DNA from: Schleiferiaceae bacterium
Lineage (GTDB): Bacteria; Bacteroidota; Bacteroidia; Flavobacteriales; Schleiferiaceae
Reading direction: 5' to 3'
Length of the DNA stretch: 64,000 nt
NCBI GenBank assembly: GCA_964216615.1
Contig: CAXPFQ010000043.1
Span: 10,496 to 74,495 of the forward strand
Part shown: piece after piece, positions 18,191-27,420 of the stretch
Layout: each line of letters begins with the position of its first letter
How positions within the stretch are numbered: the stretch's first letter is position 1
Position numbers and translations under genes: made by a program
The notes under the pieces: generated by a model
What the model was told of the DNA's origin: nothing
Seen by the model: the letters and a program-made list of their open reading frames with translations, nothing else
Databases searched by the model: none

Positions 18191-18382
18191 ATGATCGTAA
18201 TCTTCAGGTTCCTATTATTTACCGTTCTAGCCTATTTTGTTTTCAGGGCACTTGATGGACTATTTGGATCTCGGCGTTATTCTCAGCCTCAAAGTAGGTC
18301 ATCTGGAAGGAAGAGGTCAACCTTTTCTAAAGAGGATGGCGATTATGTCGATTACGAAGAGGTCAAAGACGACGACAGTTGA
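18191..18382 (+). CDS. Small membrane protein (DUF4834-like)
   Basis: The ORF track starts at TTG 18170. The ATG at 18191 gives MIVIFRFLLFTVLAYFVFRAL, a single TM helix, followed by an acidic tail (DGDYVDYEEVKDDDS). The stop overlaps the next gene's TTG start. Confidence 0.6.
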   Translation: MIVIFRFLLFTVLAYFVFRALDGLFGSRRYSQPQSRSSGRKRSTFSKEDGDYVDYEEVKDDDS

Positions 18383-19647
18383 AAAAAATAGGTATCATCA
18401 GCTACTATTGGCCCCCAGCTGGAGGTCCTGGTGTACAACGTTGGCTTAAGCTAAGTAAATATTTGGCCAAGGAAGGGGTAGAGTTGCATGTTGTGACCGT
18501 TGACCCTGCGCAAGCCACTTATCCGCTACGTGATGAAGGATTGCTTAGTGAAGTGCATCCAAACATTAGGACATACCATACTGGTACTTCAGAGAAGTTC
18601 GGCGCTTATAAAAAAGTGACTGGAAAGCGGTCTGTACCCTTTAGTGGATTTTCGGGTGAAGAGGCAAAAGTGAGTTTTGTGCAAAAGGTTGCCAGATTCG
18701 TTCGTGGCAATTTCTTTGTGCCGGACGTGCGGAAGGGTTGGAACTCCCATGCTTATATGGCGGCGGTAAACATTATTCAAAAGCACGACGTGCATATCTG
18801 GGTTACGACTTCTCCACCGCATAGCTCCCAATTAATTGGCCTTAAACTCCAAAAGAAATTCGATATACAATGGATTGCGGACTTTAGAGACCCATGGACA
18901 GACATTTATTATTACCATAAATTTTATCCTACAGCACTTACGCGCTGGTACGAAAAAGGCCTGGAGCGTCGCGTGTTTTCAAGCTGTGATGCTTTGCTCA
19001 GCGTTAGTCCCAGCTGGAGCCGATTATACGAGAAAAAAGGCGGTTTACCTGAAGGGAGTGTGTTCACGCTGCCGAATGGATTTGATCCGGAGGATTTCGC
19101 TGTACTGAAGCCCAATCGTCCAGAGATTTTTACCATTCTCTATGCTGGAACGTTGGCTTCTCAATATCCTGTTTCAGAGCTAGTTACAGCTTTAAATACG
19201 CTAAGTTTTCCTATACAGATCGCCATTATTGGGTCTTGGGATGGACAGAGTGAAAAGGATTTGGCTCAAGCTGGAGATCACATTCAAGTATCCTTTGAGG
19301 AATACGTACCCAAATCTGTTTTAAATCAAAAGTTACTGAATTGTCACATGATGCTGTTTTTGTTGCCTGATGTGGCCAGTGCCAACGGTCATATACCTGG
19401 GAAGCTTTTTGATTATTTGGGCGCCGGCAATCCCATTTTGGGATTAGGTCCTACAGCAGGTGATGCCGCATCCATTATCCGTGATGCAGGAGCAGGTCAA
19501 TGTTTCGACTATACGGATATAGCTGCAATAGCTCAATACGTTCAGCAACAGTACGATAATGGAGCCCCAAGAATAGATGCGTCGCGGATTACGGAATATG
19601 CGCGTGATGAACAGGCCAAAAAATTACTCGCAGAGATATTGAAATAA
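18379..19647 (+). CDS. Glycosyltransferase (GT-B fold, GT4-like)
   Basis: 422 aa starting MKKIGIISYYWPPAGGPGVQR. The C-terminal half carries the GKLFDYLGAG segment typical of GT-B enzymes. Confidence 0.8.
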   Translation: MKKIGIISYYWPPAGGPGVQRWLKLSKYLAKEGVELHVVTVDPAQATYPLRDEGLLSEVHPNIRTYHTGTSEKFGAYKKVTGKRSVPFSGFSGEEAKVSFVQKVARFVRGNFFVPDVRKGWNSHAYMAAVNIIQKHDVHIWVTTSPPHSSQLIGLKLQKKFDIQWIADFRDPWTDIYYYHKFYPTALTRWYEKGLERRVFSSCDALLSVSPSWSRLYEKKGGLPEGSVFTLPNGFDPEDFAVLKPNRPEIFTILYAGTLASQYPVSELVTALNTLSFPIQIAIIGSWDGQSEKDLAQAGDHIQVSFEEYVPKSVLNQKLLNCHMMLFLLPDVASANGHIPGKLFDYLGAGNPILGLGPTAGDAASIIRDAGAGQCFDYTDIAAIAQYVQQQYDNGAPRIDASRITEYARDEQAKKLLAEILK

Positions 19648-19672
19648 AAAGGCCGCCATAAAGGCGGCTTTC
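19646..19672. terminator. Bidirectional terminator between the convergent GT4 and yfhO-like genes
   Basis: Sequence AAAAAGGCCGCCATAAAGGCGGCTTTC. Confidence 0.7.
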
Positions 19673-19673
19673 A

Positions 19674-22376
19674 TCAGTCGTTGTGACTAGGCTCTTTATA
19701 TTCTTTCCAACCCATCCAAATCAATAATAACAAAAGAATGCCCGAACCGGCGTAATTTATTTTGTTACCCACACGATAGGACTTCGGCGCGAATTTAAAC
19801 TCAATTTCATGCTTTCCTGCCGGAACTCTTAGCCCCCTTAAAAGGTAGTTCACACGAATATGATCAACGGCCTCACCGTCGATATAGGCTTGCCAATCAT
19901 TGCCTGATCCTTCATAGTAGATTTCTGAGAACACTACAAATGCATCATTACCTGAGAATGTGTATTTAAGGTGTTTTGGATCGTAAGACGTTAGTTTTAC
20001 GTCTGCAGGTCCAAAGGTGTTCTTGCCGTCGAAATATTCTAAATCCCGTGGATTAACAATAGCGGTAGTTTTGGGGTCAAAAGTTCTTAAAGCGGCCATC
20101 TCAGCATCGGCATTCCCAGAAACTATTCGGCCATCAAGCACATAAAGTTCTTGTTCACTGAAATAGCCTGTTAACGATACCTTTTGGTTGAATTTTGTAC
20201 AATACTCGTTTTGATATAATATGGTTCCTGGAACCAGATTCTCCGCATATACAGGGTAACCACCGATAAAATATTTATTGAGTTTTGGCCAACTTGGATC
20301 AGGAACTCCAAATCTGGATTTTTGCCAATTTTCAATTTTTGCCTTTAATCTAGGATCTAATACACAAGGTGTGGTTGTTGGGGTAGTCTCGTCAGGTACC
20401 ACTTCAATTCTATTCACGGCCCACGCATTACCACAAGCGTCTGGATTAGGTCTGGCTTTGTTTTGTTTGATGTAGTACTTAGTATTCAACATGTTAAAAC
20501 AAGCCATATTACCTTGTTTCAGTTGATAATCTATTAAATCTTGATAGCGCTGTAGTTTGGCTCCGTGGTAGCCGCCAATAGTTTTGTGATGGTAAGAAGA
20601 AAAACTGGCACTGGTTAAACCAACGTTCTCGTTTCTAACTCTATAATGTGGATCTGCATCTTTGAGAATTCGCTTATCAGCTTTGTTTGGTTCGTATTGT
20701 CTATCCCATTTGAGTTTCGATAAGAAATCATCTTTTTCTAATTGGTCACTATTAAATGTCAATAAATCGAACAAGGTGAATGCACCAATTATACTGTACA
20801 TCATTACCTCTTTGAGTTTGTTCAAGTGCCATAAATACAATAAACCACTTATAGCAAGACCAATAAAAAGAGAGCGGATCGTAGATGCGTTGATTAAGCC
20901 GCGGCGGTCACTGATTAAGTCATCAAAAAATGGATAATTACTTTCTTCGGGAGTTCCAAGTTCTAAGAAAGCTGGGATCATGAAACCAAAGAAAATGATG
21001 AATCCTGAAAACAACGCAGTACCACGCCACCAAGCATTAAAGCGGTCAATTTTTTCCATCTTTAGCCAGTGGTGCACTCCAAGAATTCCATAAAAAGGCA
21101 CAATGAAGAATAAAATCACCAAAGAATATGACGGTACGCGGAATTTATTGTAGAGAGGCAGATAATCGAATAAAAATCGATTGAACCAATCTAGATTAGA
21201 ACCCCAACTCATAAAGGTGAAAAAAACAAGACTGGCGATAATCCAATGTCGAATTACTCCTCCTACGGTAAAAAAGGCTAGACAAAAAAGAAAGAATATG
21301 CTGGCACCAATATAATAGGCTCCATTGAGCATGCTCTTGCCCGTCCATTTAAACTGACCAGCGGCATATTCTTCTGCTTGCTTTTTGGTTATTCCAGGGT
21401 ATTGTTGACGTATTCCGCTTTCAAAAATGGAATAGGTTTTAGTGTCCCTATCTTTGATATTCACCTTACTACCTCCACCTGCAGCATTTGGGATAACCAA
21501 GGATACGGTTTCGTACAAACCGGCAGAATAGTCCATTCCATATTCATAGCTCAAGCCCCCTTCGCCTTGATTTATATTTTTTTGGGTCAATTCGCTTTTG
21601 CCTCCACGCATGGTTTCTGCTGTGTAGACATTGGTTGACCAAATATTAGCCACGTTTGGGCCTATGGCGAGAACACCTGCCAAAAGTAAAAGTGCGGTGT
21701 ATTTACCAAATTCTACTAAGGCTTTATCCCTGGCGTACCTGATGAAGTAGGTCAACCATATTATCCCCATCAAAATTGCGGCGTAGTAAGTGATTTGGAA
21801 GTGATTTCTATGAATACTTAAACCGGCGAAAAGCGACATTAAAATGAAAGCTCGCCAATTCTTTTTTTCAAGAACCAGCAGAAGGGCGAGGATCATTAGC
21901 GGAATAAATGCCGCTGTATTCACCTTTGCGTTATGGCCAGCAGCATAGCCTATGATGAAAAAGCCACTGTAACCGTAAGCAAAACCGCCGATAGTACTGA
22001 GCCAATGATTGACGCCCATTCCACGTAGGCCAATAAAGGCCGCGACCATAAGGTAGAATATGATGTAGGTGGAAGAAGTTCGACCTCCTATTGTACGAAC
22101 TATGCTGGAAATGTATTCGAATATATTACCGCTATATTCTGTAGAGATTTGGGTAGTGGGCATCCCGCTGAACATAGAATTTGTCCATAATGCTTCATCT
22201 CCGTTTTTATCTCTATACTCTCGAAGTTCTTTACTTTTAGCATAACCATATTTGATATCGTCTTGATTGAGAATATCACCGTCTAAGTATGCCGGACTAA
22301 GGAAGGCTATATTGATTCCAAGTAATACTACAATGGGCGCAATCCAAGTGGTCAAAAACGGAATATATTTCTTCAT
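19674..22376 (-). CDS. YfhO-like polytopic membrane protein (putative glycosyl-transfer/glycan-modifying protein)
   Basis: About 900 aa with many TM helices in the N-terminal 550 aa or so and a soluble C-terminal region. The ORF track starts at 22400. The internal start MKKYIPF at 22376 looks more likely. Confidence 0.75.
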   Translation of the reverse strand: MKKYIPFLTTWIAPIVVLLGINIAFLSPAYLDGDILNQDDIKYGYAKSKELREYRDKNGDEALWTNSMFSGMPTTQISTEYSGNIFEYISSIVRTIGGRTSSTYIIFYLMVAAFIGLRGMGVNHWLSTIGGFAYGYSGFFIIGYAAGHNAKVNTAAFIPLMILALLLVLEKKNWRAFILMSLFAGLSIHRNHFQITYYAAILMGIIWLTYFIRYARDKALVEFGKYTALLLLAGVLAIGPNVANIWSTNVYTAETMRGGKSELTQKNINQGEGGLSYEYGMDYSAGLYETVSLVIPNAAGGGSKVNIKDRDTKTYSIFESGIRQQYPGITKKQAEEYAAGQFKWTGKSMLNGAYYIGASIFFLFCLAFFTVGGVIRHWIIASLVFFTFMSWGSNLDWFNRFLFDYLPLYNKFRVPSYSLVILFFIVPFYGILGVHHWLKMEKIDRFNAWWRGTALFSGFIIFFGFMIPAFLELGTPEESNYPFFDDLISDRRGLINASTIRSLFIGLAISGLLYLWHLNKLKEVMMYSIIGAFTLFDLLTFNSDQLEKDDFLSKLKWDRQYEPNKADKRILKDADPHYRVRNENVGLTSASFSSYHHKTIGGYHGAKLQRYQDLIDYQLKQGNMACFNMLNTKYYIKQNKARPNPDACGNAWAVNRIEVVPDETTPTTTPCVLDPRLKAKIENWQKSRFGVPDPSWPKLNKYFIGGYPVYAENLVPGTILYQNEYCTKFNQKVSLTGYFSEQELYVLDGRIVSGNADAEMAALRTFDPKTTAIVNPRDLEYFDGKNTFGPADVKLTSYDPKHLKYTFSGNDAFVVFSEIYYEGSGNDWQAYIDGEAVDHIRVNYLLRGLRVPAGKHEIEFKFAPKSYRVGNKINYAGSGILLLLLIWMGWKEYKEPSHND

Positions 22377-22440
22377 GAACATAGTTTGTTTAGTACACAT
22401 GCAAACTAGTAAAACTTGTGGAATAATCGGCCTTAAAAGA

Positions 22441-22471
22441 TTGATAAACGTCGCCTAGATCCGTATTTTTG
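22441..22471 (+). promoter_or_regulatory. Canonical Bacteroidetes promoter (TTG-N20-TATTTTTG) for the PLP-enzyme pair
   Basis: TTG at 22441-22443 and TATTTTTG at 22464-22471. The ATG is at 22494. Confidence 0.5.
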
Positions 22472-22493
22472 ATGTTCAATAGATCATCATTTT

Positions 22494-23912
22494 ATGGATA
22501 GTGAAAAAGCCAATGTTATTGGTAAACAGCAAATACTCGACGTTCTCGTCGAAGGCTGTGACGAAAGAGTTCATCAACTACCTTCCACAGGTCTAAACAA
22601 ATACCATTTAAATCCGGTAGAATACGAAACACTATTTCAACGCGGTTCCTGTACGGCAAACGTGCTTACACGCCGTTCACATAGTGTATCCAAAGCGTTT
22701 TTAGGGAAGTATGATGATTTGAATTATGAGAATCTTTTGGAGAACCAAGCCAATAGACTTAGAAATTTAGTTCAAGACGAGTTCAAGGATCCATTCGATG
22801 TCTATTTTGGTCCATCTGGTTCAGATTTAGTCTATTATCCACTGATGTTCCAAATGATGTTAAACCCTGGTAAAAGGTTATTAAACATTGTGAGTTGCCC
22901 GGAGGAATTAGGTTCGGGAAGTAAGTTCGCCTCTGAGACTAAGTTCTATGCTAACTATAATCAGTTTGGTCAAACGATTGAAAAAGGCGCCTTTGTTGAT
23001 ACAAATAACATTAGCGAAGTGGTCTATTTAGACGCACGTGATGAAGAAGGTAATATACTAGATCGAACATCGGCCATCAACAAAATTATCGCGGAGAATC
23101 AAGATGCTGCCATCGTCGGTAGCTTGGTATTTGGCTCGAAGTCAGGGATAAAGGATGATTTAAATGTTATTGATACCAATAGCAATATCATGTGGGTGGT
23201 GGATTTATGTCAATTCCGTGTGGACCACAAACTCATCCACGAGCTGCTGGCTAAAGGGGTGATGGTGATGCTCACTGGGTCAAAATTCTTCCAAGCTCCT
23301 CCCTTCTGTGCGGCAATGCTCGTACCAAGAAAGTGGAGTGAGAAGCTCAAGCAAATGGACGCCTCCATCATACAGCCCTACGGAAAATTATTTAGTGCCT
23401 ATGATGTGCCATGGTTCATGGAAAATATGCGAGAAAACTTACCCGCCAAAGAAAATAAGGCGTTGCGTTTGCGTTGGGAAATTGCCTTAGATGAAATGGA
23501 AGCATATAGCTATTGGTCGACCCGTCAAACGGATAACATCATTACTCGCTGGGCCATGGGCGTTATGGGTAGATTGGAGACCTCGCCGTATTTCAAGTTG
23601 ATGCCGGACCAATTAAAAACCAACATGTCCATCATTTCTTTCCAAGTTTGGGTAGGCGGACGTGCCTTAGACAACGATGAGCTTAAAAAATTATTTGCTG
23701 CGATAACGACAGATCGACATGAAGGCTTCAATGGAGGCTATGACAGAGTCTTTTTTGGTCAACCCGTTCAATATGGGGCAAAGAGTTTTATCCGCCTCGC
23801 CTTGGGAGCATTTAGCGTGAGGGCATTCTTAGAAAAAGATGCTGTGGATTTAGAAGATGATTATCGTTTGATAGAAATCATTGAATCATATGTAGAGAAA
23901 ATGTTTGGGTGA
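22494..23912 (+). CDS. Uncharacterised fold-type-I (class-V aminotransferase-like) PLP-dependent enzyme
   Basis: VVDLCQF follows the DxxQ pattern. LTGSKFFQAPPFCAAMLV aligns with the SufS-type FSGHKLYGPTGIGILY motif, putting the Schiff-base Lys codon at 23293-23295. I cannot recognise a specific subfamily. Confidence 0.7.
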   Translation: MDSEKANVIGKQQILDVLVEGCDERVHQLPSTGLNKYHLNPVEYETLFQRGSCTANVLTRRSHSVSKAFLGKYDDLNYENLLENQANRLRNLVQDEFKDPFDVYFGPSGSDLVYYPLMFQMMLNPGKRLLNIVSCPEELGSGSKFASETKFYANYNQFGQTIEKGAFVDTNNISEVVYLDARDEEGNILDRTSAINKIIAENQDAAIVGSLVFGSKSGIKDDLNVIDTNSNIMWVVDLCQFRVDHKLIHELLAKGVMVMLTGSKFFQAPPFCAAMLVPRKWSEKLKQMDASIIQPYGKLFSAYDVPWFMENMRENLPAKENKALRLRWEIALDEMEAYSYWSTRQTDNIITRWAMGVMGRLETSPYFKLMPDQLKTNMSIISFQVWVGGRALDNDELKKLFAAITTDRHEGFNGGYDRVFFGQPVQYGAKSFIRLALGAFSVRAFLEKDAVDLEDDYRLIEIIESYVEKMFG

Positions 23913-25099
23913 CAAAAACGGTTGAAATAGGGAGAATCATGATGGATTTGCTTCCAAAATTGGAAGTGGAAGATACTGCCGTTATTGGGGTAAATCTTCC
24001 AGTACTTGTTTCACGTTTGCATTATCTAAAAGAAGCCTTTCCAGTAGGTGTTCAACACAGTATTGCTATAAAAACTAATCCTCATCCTAAGGTTCTCGAA
24101 TTTCTTGTGCATCAAGGTTTTGGTCTCGAGGCGGCTTCGATTGAAGAAGTTCGTATGGCTTTAAAAGCAGGATGCGCTCCGGGCGATATTGTTTTTGATT
24201 CGCCTGTGAAGACGCGTCATGAGATTCGCGAAATTTCATCATTATCAGATATGTTGGTTAATGTCAACTCTATAGAAGAGCTTGATAGGTTTAAACCGGA
24301 TTTTAAAGGAATAATAGGCATTCGAATTAACCCTCAAGTACATACAGGAGCACCAGAATTGTTTGATGTAAGCAAGAATGAGAGCAAGTTTGGGGTTCCG
24401 GTTGATATGAAGGACCGTATTGTTGATGCGGCCCTTCGATATCCTGTGCGGGCTCTTCACATGCACAGTGGCTCCCAAATGAATGATTTGAATGTTCAAA
24501 GAGGTGCTTTGAAAGAATTAAAGCGAATTGCTGATGCAATAAACGCGGTTGCACCGGGTAAAATCAAGATTCTTGATATTGGTGGAGGGCTGCCTACAGA
24601 GCCTCTTTCGGGTAAGACACAAATGGAGGCTTATGGGCAAATAGTGGCAGAAGTTTTCCGTCAGTCCAGCTATTTACTGGTCACAGAATTTGGGCAATGG
24701 ATACAGGCAGAATCAGGTTTCGCAATCAGCACCATAGAATACTTACTTTCACCGAACAGATTATTTATTCATTTGGGTGCTGACTTTTTCATGCGCGATG
24801 CTTATTCCAGACCTCGTTCATTTCCCATGACTGTATGGAATGGTGATGGCACTCAAGTTGAAGGACAGGATAAACTATATGATGTGGCAGGCCCGTTATG
24901 CTTTGCCGGAGACTATTTAGCACATAGTAGTCCATTACCTAATAACCTACAAGAAGGACAGTTCTTGTTTATCGATCATACTGGTGCTAATACCTACGGT
25001 TTATGGTCTCGTCATTGCTCGAGAACACTGCCGGCAACATGGGCTTGGGATGGAAATTCAATGGTTAAATGGAGTAATAGGTTAACTATTGGTTTTTAA
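23909..25099 (+). CDS. Fold-type-III PLP-dependent decarboxylase (Orn/DAP/Arg decarboxylase family)
   Basis: PLP-Lys motif AIKTNP (Lys codon 24071-24073), plus HMHSGSQ, DIGGGLP and the active-site GPLCFAGD. The GTG start overlaps the upstream TGA. An alternative ATG lies at 23939. Confidence 0.85.
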   Translation: MTKTVEIGRIMMDLLPKLEVEDTAVIGVNLPVLVSRLHYLKEAFPVGVQHSIAIKTNPHPKVLEFLVHQGFGLEAASIEEVRMALKAGCAPGDIVFDSPVKTRHEIREISSLSDMLVNVNSIEELDRFKPDFKGIIGIRINPQVHTGAPELFDVSKNESKFGVPVDMKDRIVDAALRYPVRALHMHSGSQMNDLNVQRGALKELKRIADAINAVAPGKIKILDIGGGLPTEPLSGKTQMEAYGQIVAEVFRQSSYLLVTEFGQWIQAESGFAISTIEYLLSPNRLFIHLGADFFMRDAYSRPRSFPMTVWNGDGTQVEGQDKLYDVAGPLCFAGDYLAHSSPLPNNLQEGQFLFIDHTGANTYGLWSRHCSRTLPATWAWDGNSMVKWSNRLTIGF

Positions 25100-25102
25100 T
25101 CT

Positions 25103-25110
25103 TATTTTTG
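25103..25110 (+). promoter_or_regulatory. -7 promoter box TATTTTTG upstream of the LamG/T9SS gene
   Basis: Exact TAnnTTTG match, 4 nt after the decarboxylase stop and 15 nt before the ATG at 25125. Confidence 0.4.
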
Positions 25111-25124
25111 AAACACAAGCATTA

Positions 25125-26405
25125 ATGATGAAGTACCGCTTTTTACTCCTATTTACACTTTTTGCTCCAACGTTGTTCGGACAGCAAATCATGAGTGTTT
25201 CTGTAGATCAAGATAATTTTATCGTCTGTCCGGATGAGATAGTCGAGGTGAGTGCGACGCGTTCTACAACCCTAAACAATTCTTTAGTGTTTAATGGAAC
25301 TTCAGAGTATTTAGAGATTCCAAATAACGCAGCTTTTAATATAGGTACGACTAGTTTTACCGTGGAGTTCTGGGTCTCGACTAACGACATGTCAAATACA
25401 GAATACCTTGCTGTATATAGAAACACCTCTGGCCATGGATGGGCTATTTTTAAGAATGGGACTGGAACAGTTGGTTTTGCGGCTCGCGATCAAAACAACA
25501 ATTTTGATTTTATGTTTGGTGCCATTTCTCAGATTGACGACGGAAACTGGCATCACATTGCAGTGACTTGGAATAGAGGAACGGGTTCGGCGACCATGTA
25601 TATCGACGGAGGGTATGAAACTCAAAAGACCTTAAATGTAGGCGGTGATATTTCGCATACGGGAGACATTACTCTGGGCTATGGAATATCTCCTACGACA
25701 GGGAACGCTACCTATTTAAATGGTGAAATGGACGAATTTCGTATTTGGTCAGAAGAACGCTCCAGCGGGGATATTGCTACGTACATGAGCACTCATTTAA
25801 ATCCAGCTTCGTTTCCAACCTTAGCGGTGAACTTCGACTTCAACGAGTTGACCAATGCTGATGATTGGTATGATTGTGCTGGAGGTATTACCGCACCAAC
25901 CGGAACTTCAGTTCCATCAGTGAATCAAGCCGGTGGTCCTGCGATGACTTTCAACTTTGCCTATACTTGGACCAATACCTCCGGAAATACTCAGAATGGA
26001 GCGAATTACCAAAAGTCCTTCTTAAAGGAAGATACGGTGGTTGTGGAAGCGGGATATTGTAAGTATTTGTGTACCGATACTTTTTATGTTGAAATAGCAG
26101 ATTGTGATACGGTAAAGGATCCAAGAGATGTCGCTGCAGTTTTTGCCCCAAGTGCTTTTACGCCGAATGGGGACACAAAAAATGATTACTACACCGTAAA
26201 AGCAAATGCGATCAGCTCTTTTGAAATGCAGGTATATAACAGAGACGGTAATATTTTATTTCATAGCAAAGACATCAATACAGGTTGGGACGGCTCATTT
26301 GAAAATAGTCAGTGCCAAGAGGGTGTCTACATAGCCAAAATAATGTATCGTGATATTGAAGGAATAGAATACGTCAAGTATCAGCATTTCTCCCTTATGC
26401 GGTAG
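25125..26405 (+). CDS. Secreted LamG (concanavalin-A-like lectin) domain protein with a type-B T9SS C-terminal sorting domain
   Basis: Signal peptide MMKYRFLLLFTLFAPTLFGQQ. LamG-type block FTVEFWV...GNWHHIAVTW...LNGEMDEFRIW. C-terminal FTPNGDTKNDYY...GWDG...GVY matches the gliding-motility-associated (CHU_C) sorting domain. Confidence 0.85.
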   Translation: MMKYRFLLLFTLFAPTLFGQQIMSVSVDQDNFIVCPDEIVEVSATRSTTLNNSLVFNGTSEYLEIPNNAAFNIGTTSFTVEFWVSTNDMSNTEYLAVYRNTSGHGWAIFKNGTGTVGFAARDQNNNFDFMFGAISQIDDGNWHHIAVTWNRGTGSATMYIDGGYETQKTLNVGGDISHTGDITLGYGISPTTGNATYLNGEMDEFRIWSEERSSGDIATYMSTHLNPASFPTLAVNFDFNELTNADDWYDCAGGITAPTGTSVPSVNQAGGPAMTFNFAYTWTNTSGNTQNGANYQKSFLKEDTVVVEAGYCKYLCTDTFYVEIADCDTVKDPRDVAAVFAPSAFTPNGDTKNDYYTVKANAISSFEMQVYNRDGNILFHSKDINTGWDGSFENSQCQEGVYIAKIMYRDIEGIEYVKYQHFSLMR

Positions 26406-26423
26406 GATAGAGATTTGAAAAAG

Positions 26424-26448
26424 CCCGAGCTAGACTCGGGTTTTTTTT
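26424..26448 (+). terminator. Intrinsic terminator
   Basis: Stem CCCGAG/CTCGGG, loop CTAGA, then T8. Confidence 0.8.
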
Positions 26449-26511
26449 GTCTTATAAATAGGTTCTTAGGGACTATTCCATTTCTGCTAGTGATCAGGAA
26501 TTACTGTTCTT

Positions 26512-27420
26512 TTAGTCTCGTTTATTGACTTGCTCTAATCTGGCTCCAGCAATACTGGCATTTAATTCGAATCCAATGATTAAGCCGAATGCATTCACAT
26601 AGATCCATAACAACATGATCATCAACGTACCTATTGAACCATAAAACTCATTGTATGTCGATACATTTTCCACATAAACCCTAAAGAGTTGTGACGTACC
26701 TATAATTAAGAGTGTTGCTAAAACACTTCCAGGACTAATAAAGCGCCAATTCCTTCCTCTAACAGGGCCGTAATTATATACTATGGAAATCCCTAGTAAG
26801 ATGGTCAATATGAGTACTGTAGATCTAAAAATACTGAATACTATCATTTTATACTCCGTCAAGGATAGTAAGTTTGAAAACCAATCGGTAAAATTCTCTG
26901 TGAAGATTAACGCCACAATGGAAGTCATTATCAGTAAGGTGAGGATTATCGTCAATATCAGCGCACTTAAATATTGAGCCCAGAAGTTTTTAACTCTAAT
27001 CTTGTGATATGAAATACTCAAATTAGAAATTAAACTCATGGTGCCATTGGTCGCAAAAAATAAAGCCGCGATAAAGGTTATTGAGAGAAGCCCACCCCTT
27101 TTAATACTTAATACTTCTTCAATGGCACTTACGACCATTGCGTGTGTATTCTGTGGTAAAATGGTAGTGATCAACTCATTTAATTCCGCTTGAAAGAATG
27201 TACCCACGGGGAGGTATGCAATTAACATGTAGATAAATATGACCCCTGGGAAAAGTGCAAGACAGAAACTGAAGCTCACAGCGCCGGCACGAGTAGTAAT
27301 AACCCCTTCATAAATTCCCCGAAAGAAAAAGCTAAGCACATCCCAAAGCGATAATCCATCAAACAATGGAGGTCTTACTTTGACAAGAGTTTGCTTTATT
27401 TTCCTACCTAAGTTTGCCAT
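26512..27420 (-). CDS. YihY/BrkB-family inner-membrane protein
   Basis: 302 aa and polytopic. The N-terminal LWDVLSFFFRGIYEGVITTRAGAVSFSFCLALFP segment is typical of YihY. Confidence 0.85.
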   Translation of the reverse strand: MANLGRKIKQTLVKVRPPLFDGLSLWDVLSFFFRGIYEGVITTRAGAVSFSFCLALFPGVIFIYMLIAYLPVGTFFQAELNELITTILPQNTHAMVVSAIEEVLSIKRGGLLSITFIAALFFATNGTMSLISNLSISYHKIRVKNFWAQYLSALILTIILTLLIMTSIVALIFTENFTDWFSNLLSLTEYKMIVFSIFRSTVLILTILLGISIVYNYGPVRGRNWRFISPGSVLATLLIIGTSQLFRVYVENVSTYNEFYGSIGTLMIMLLWIYVNAFGLIIGFELNASIAGARLEQVNKRD

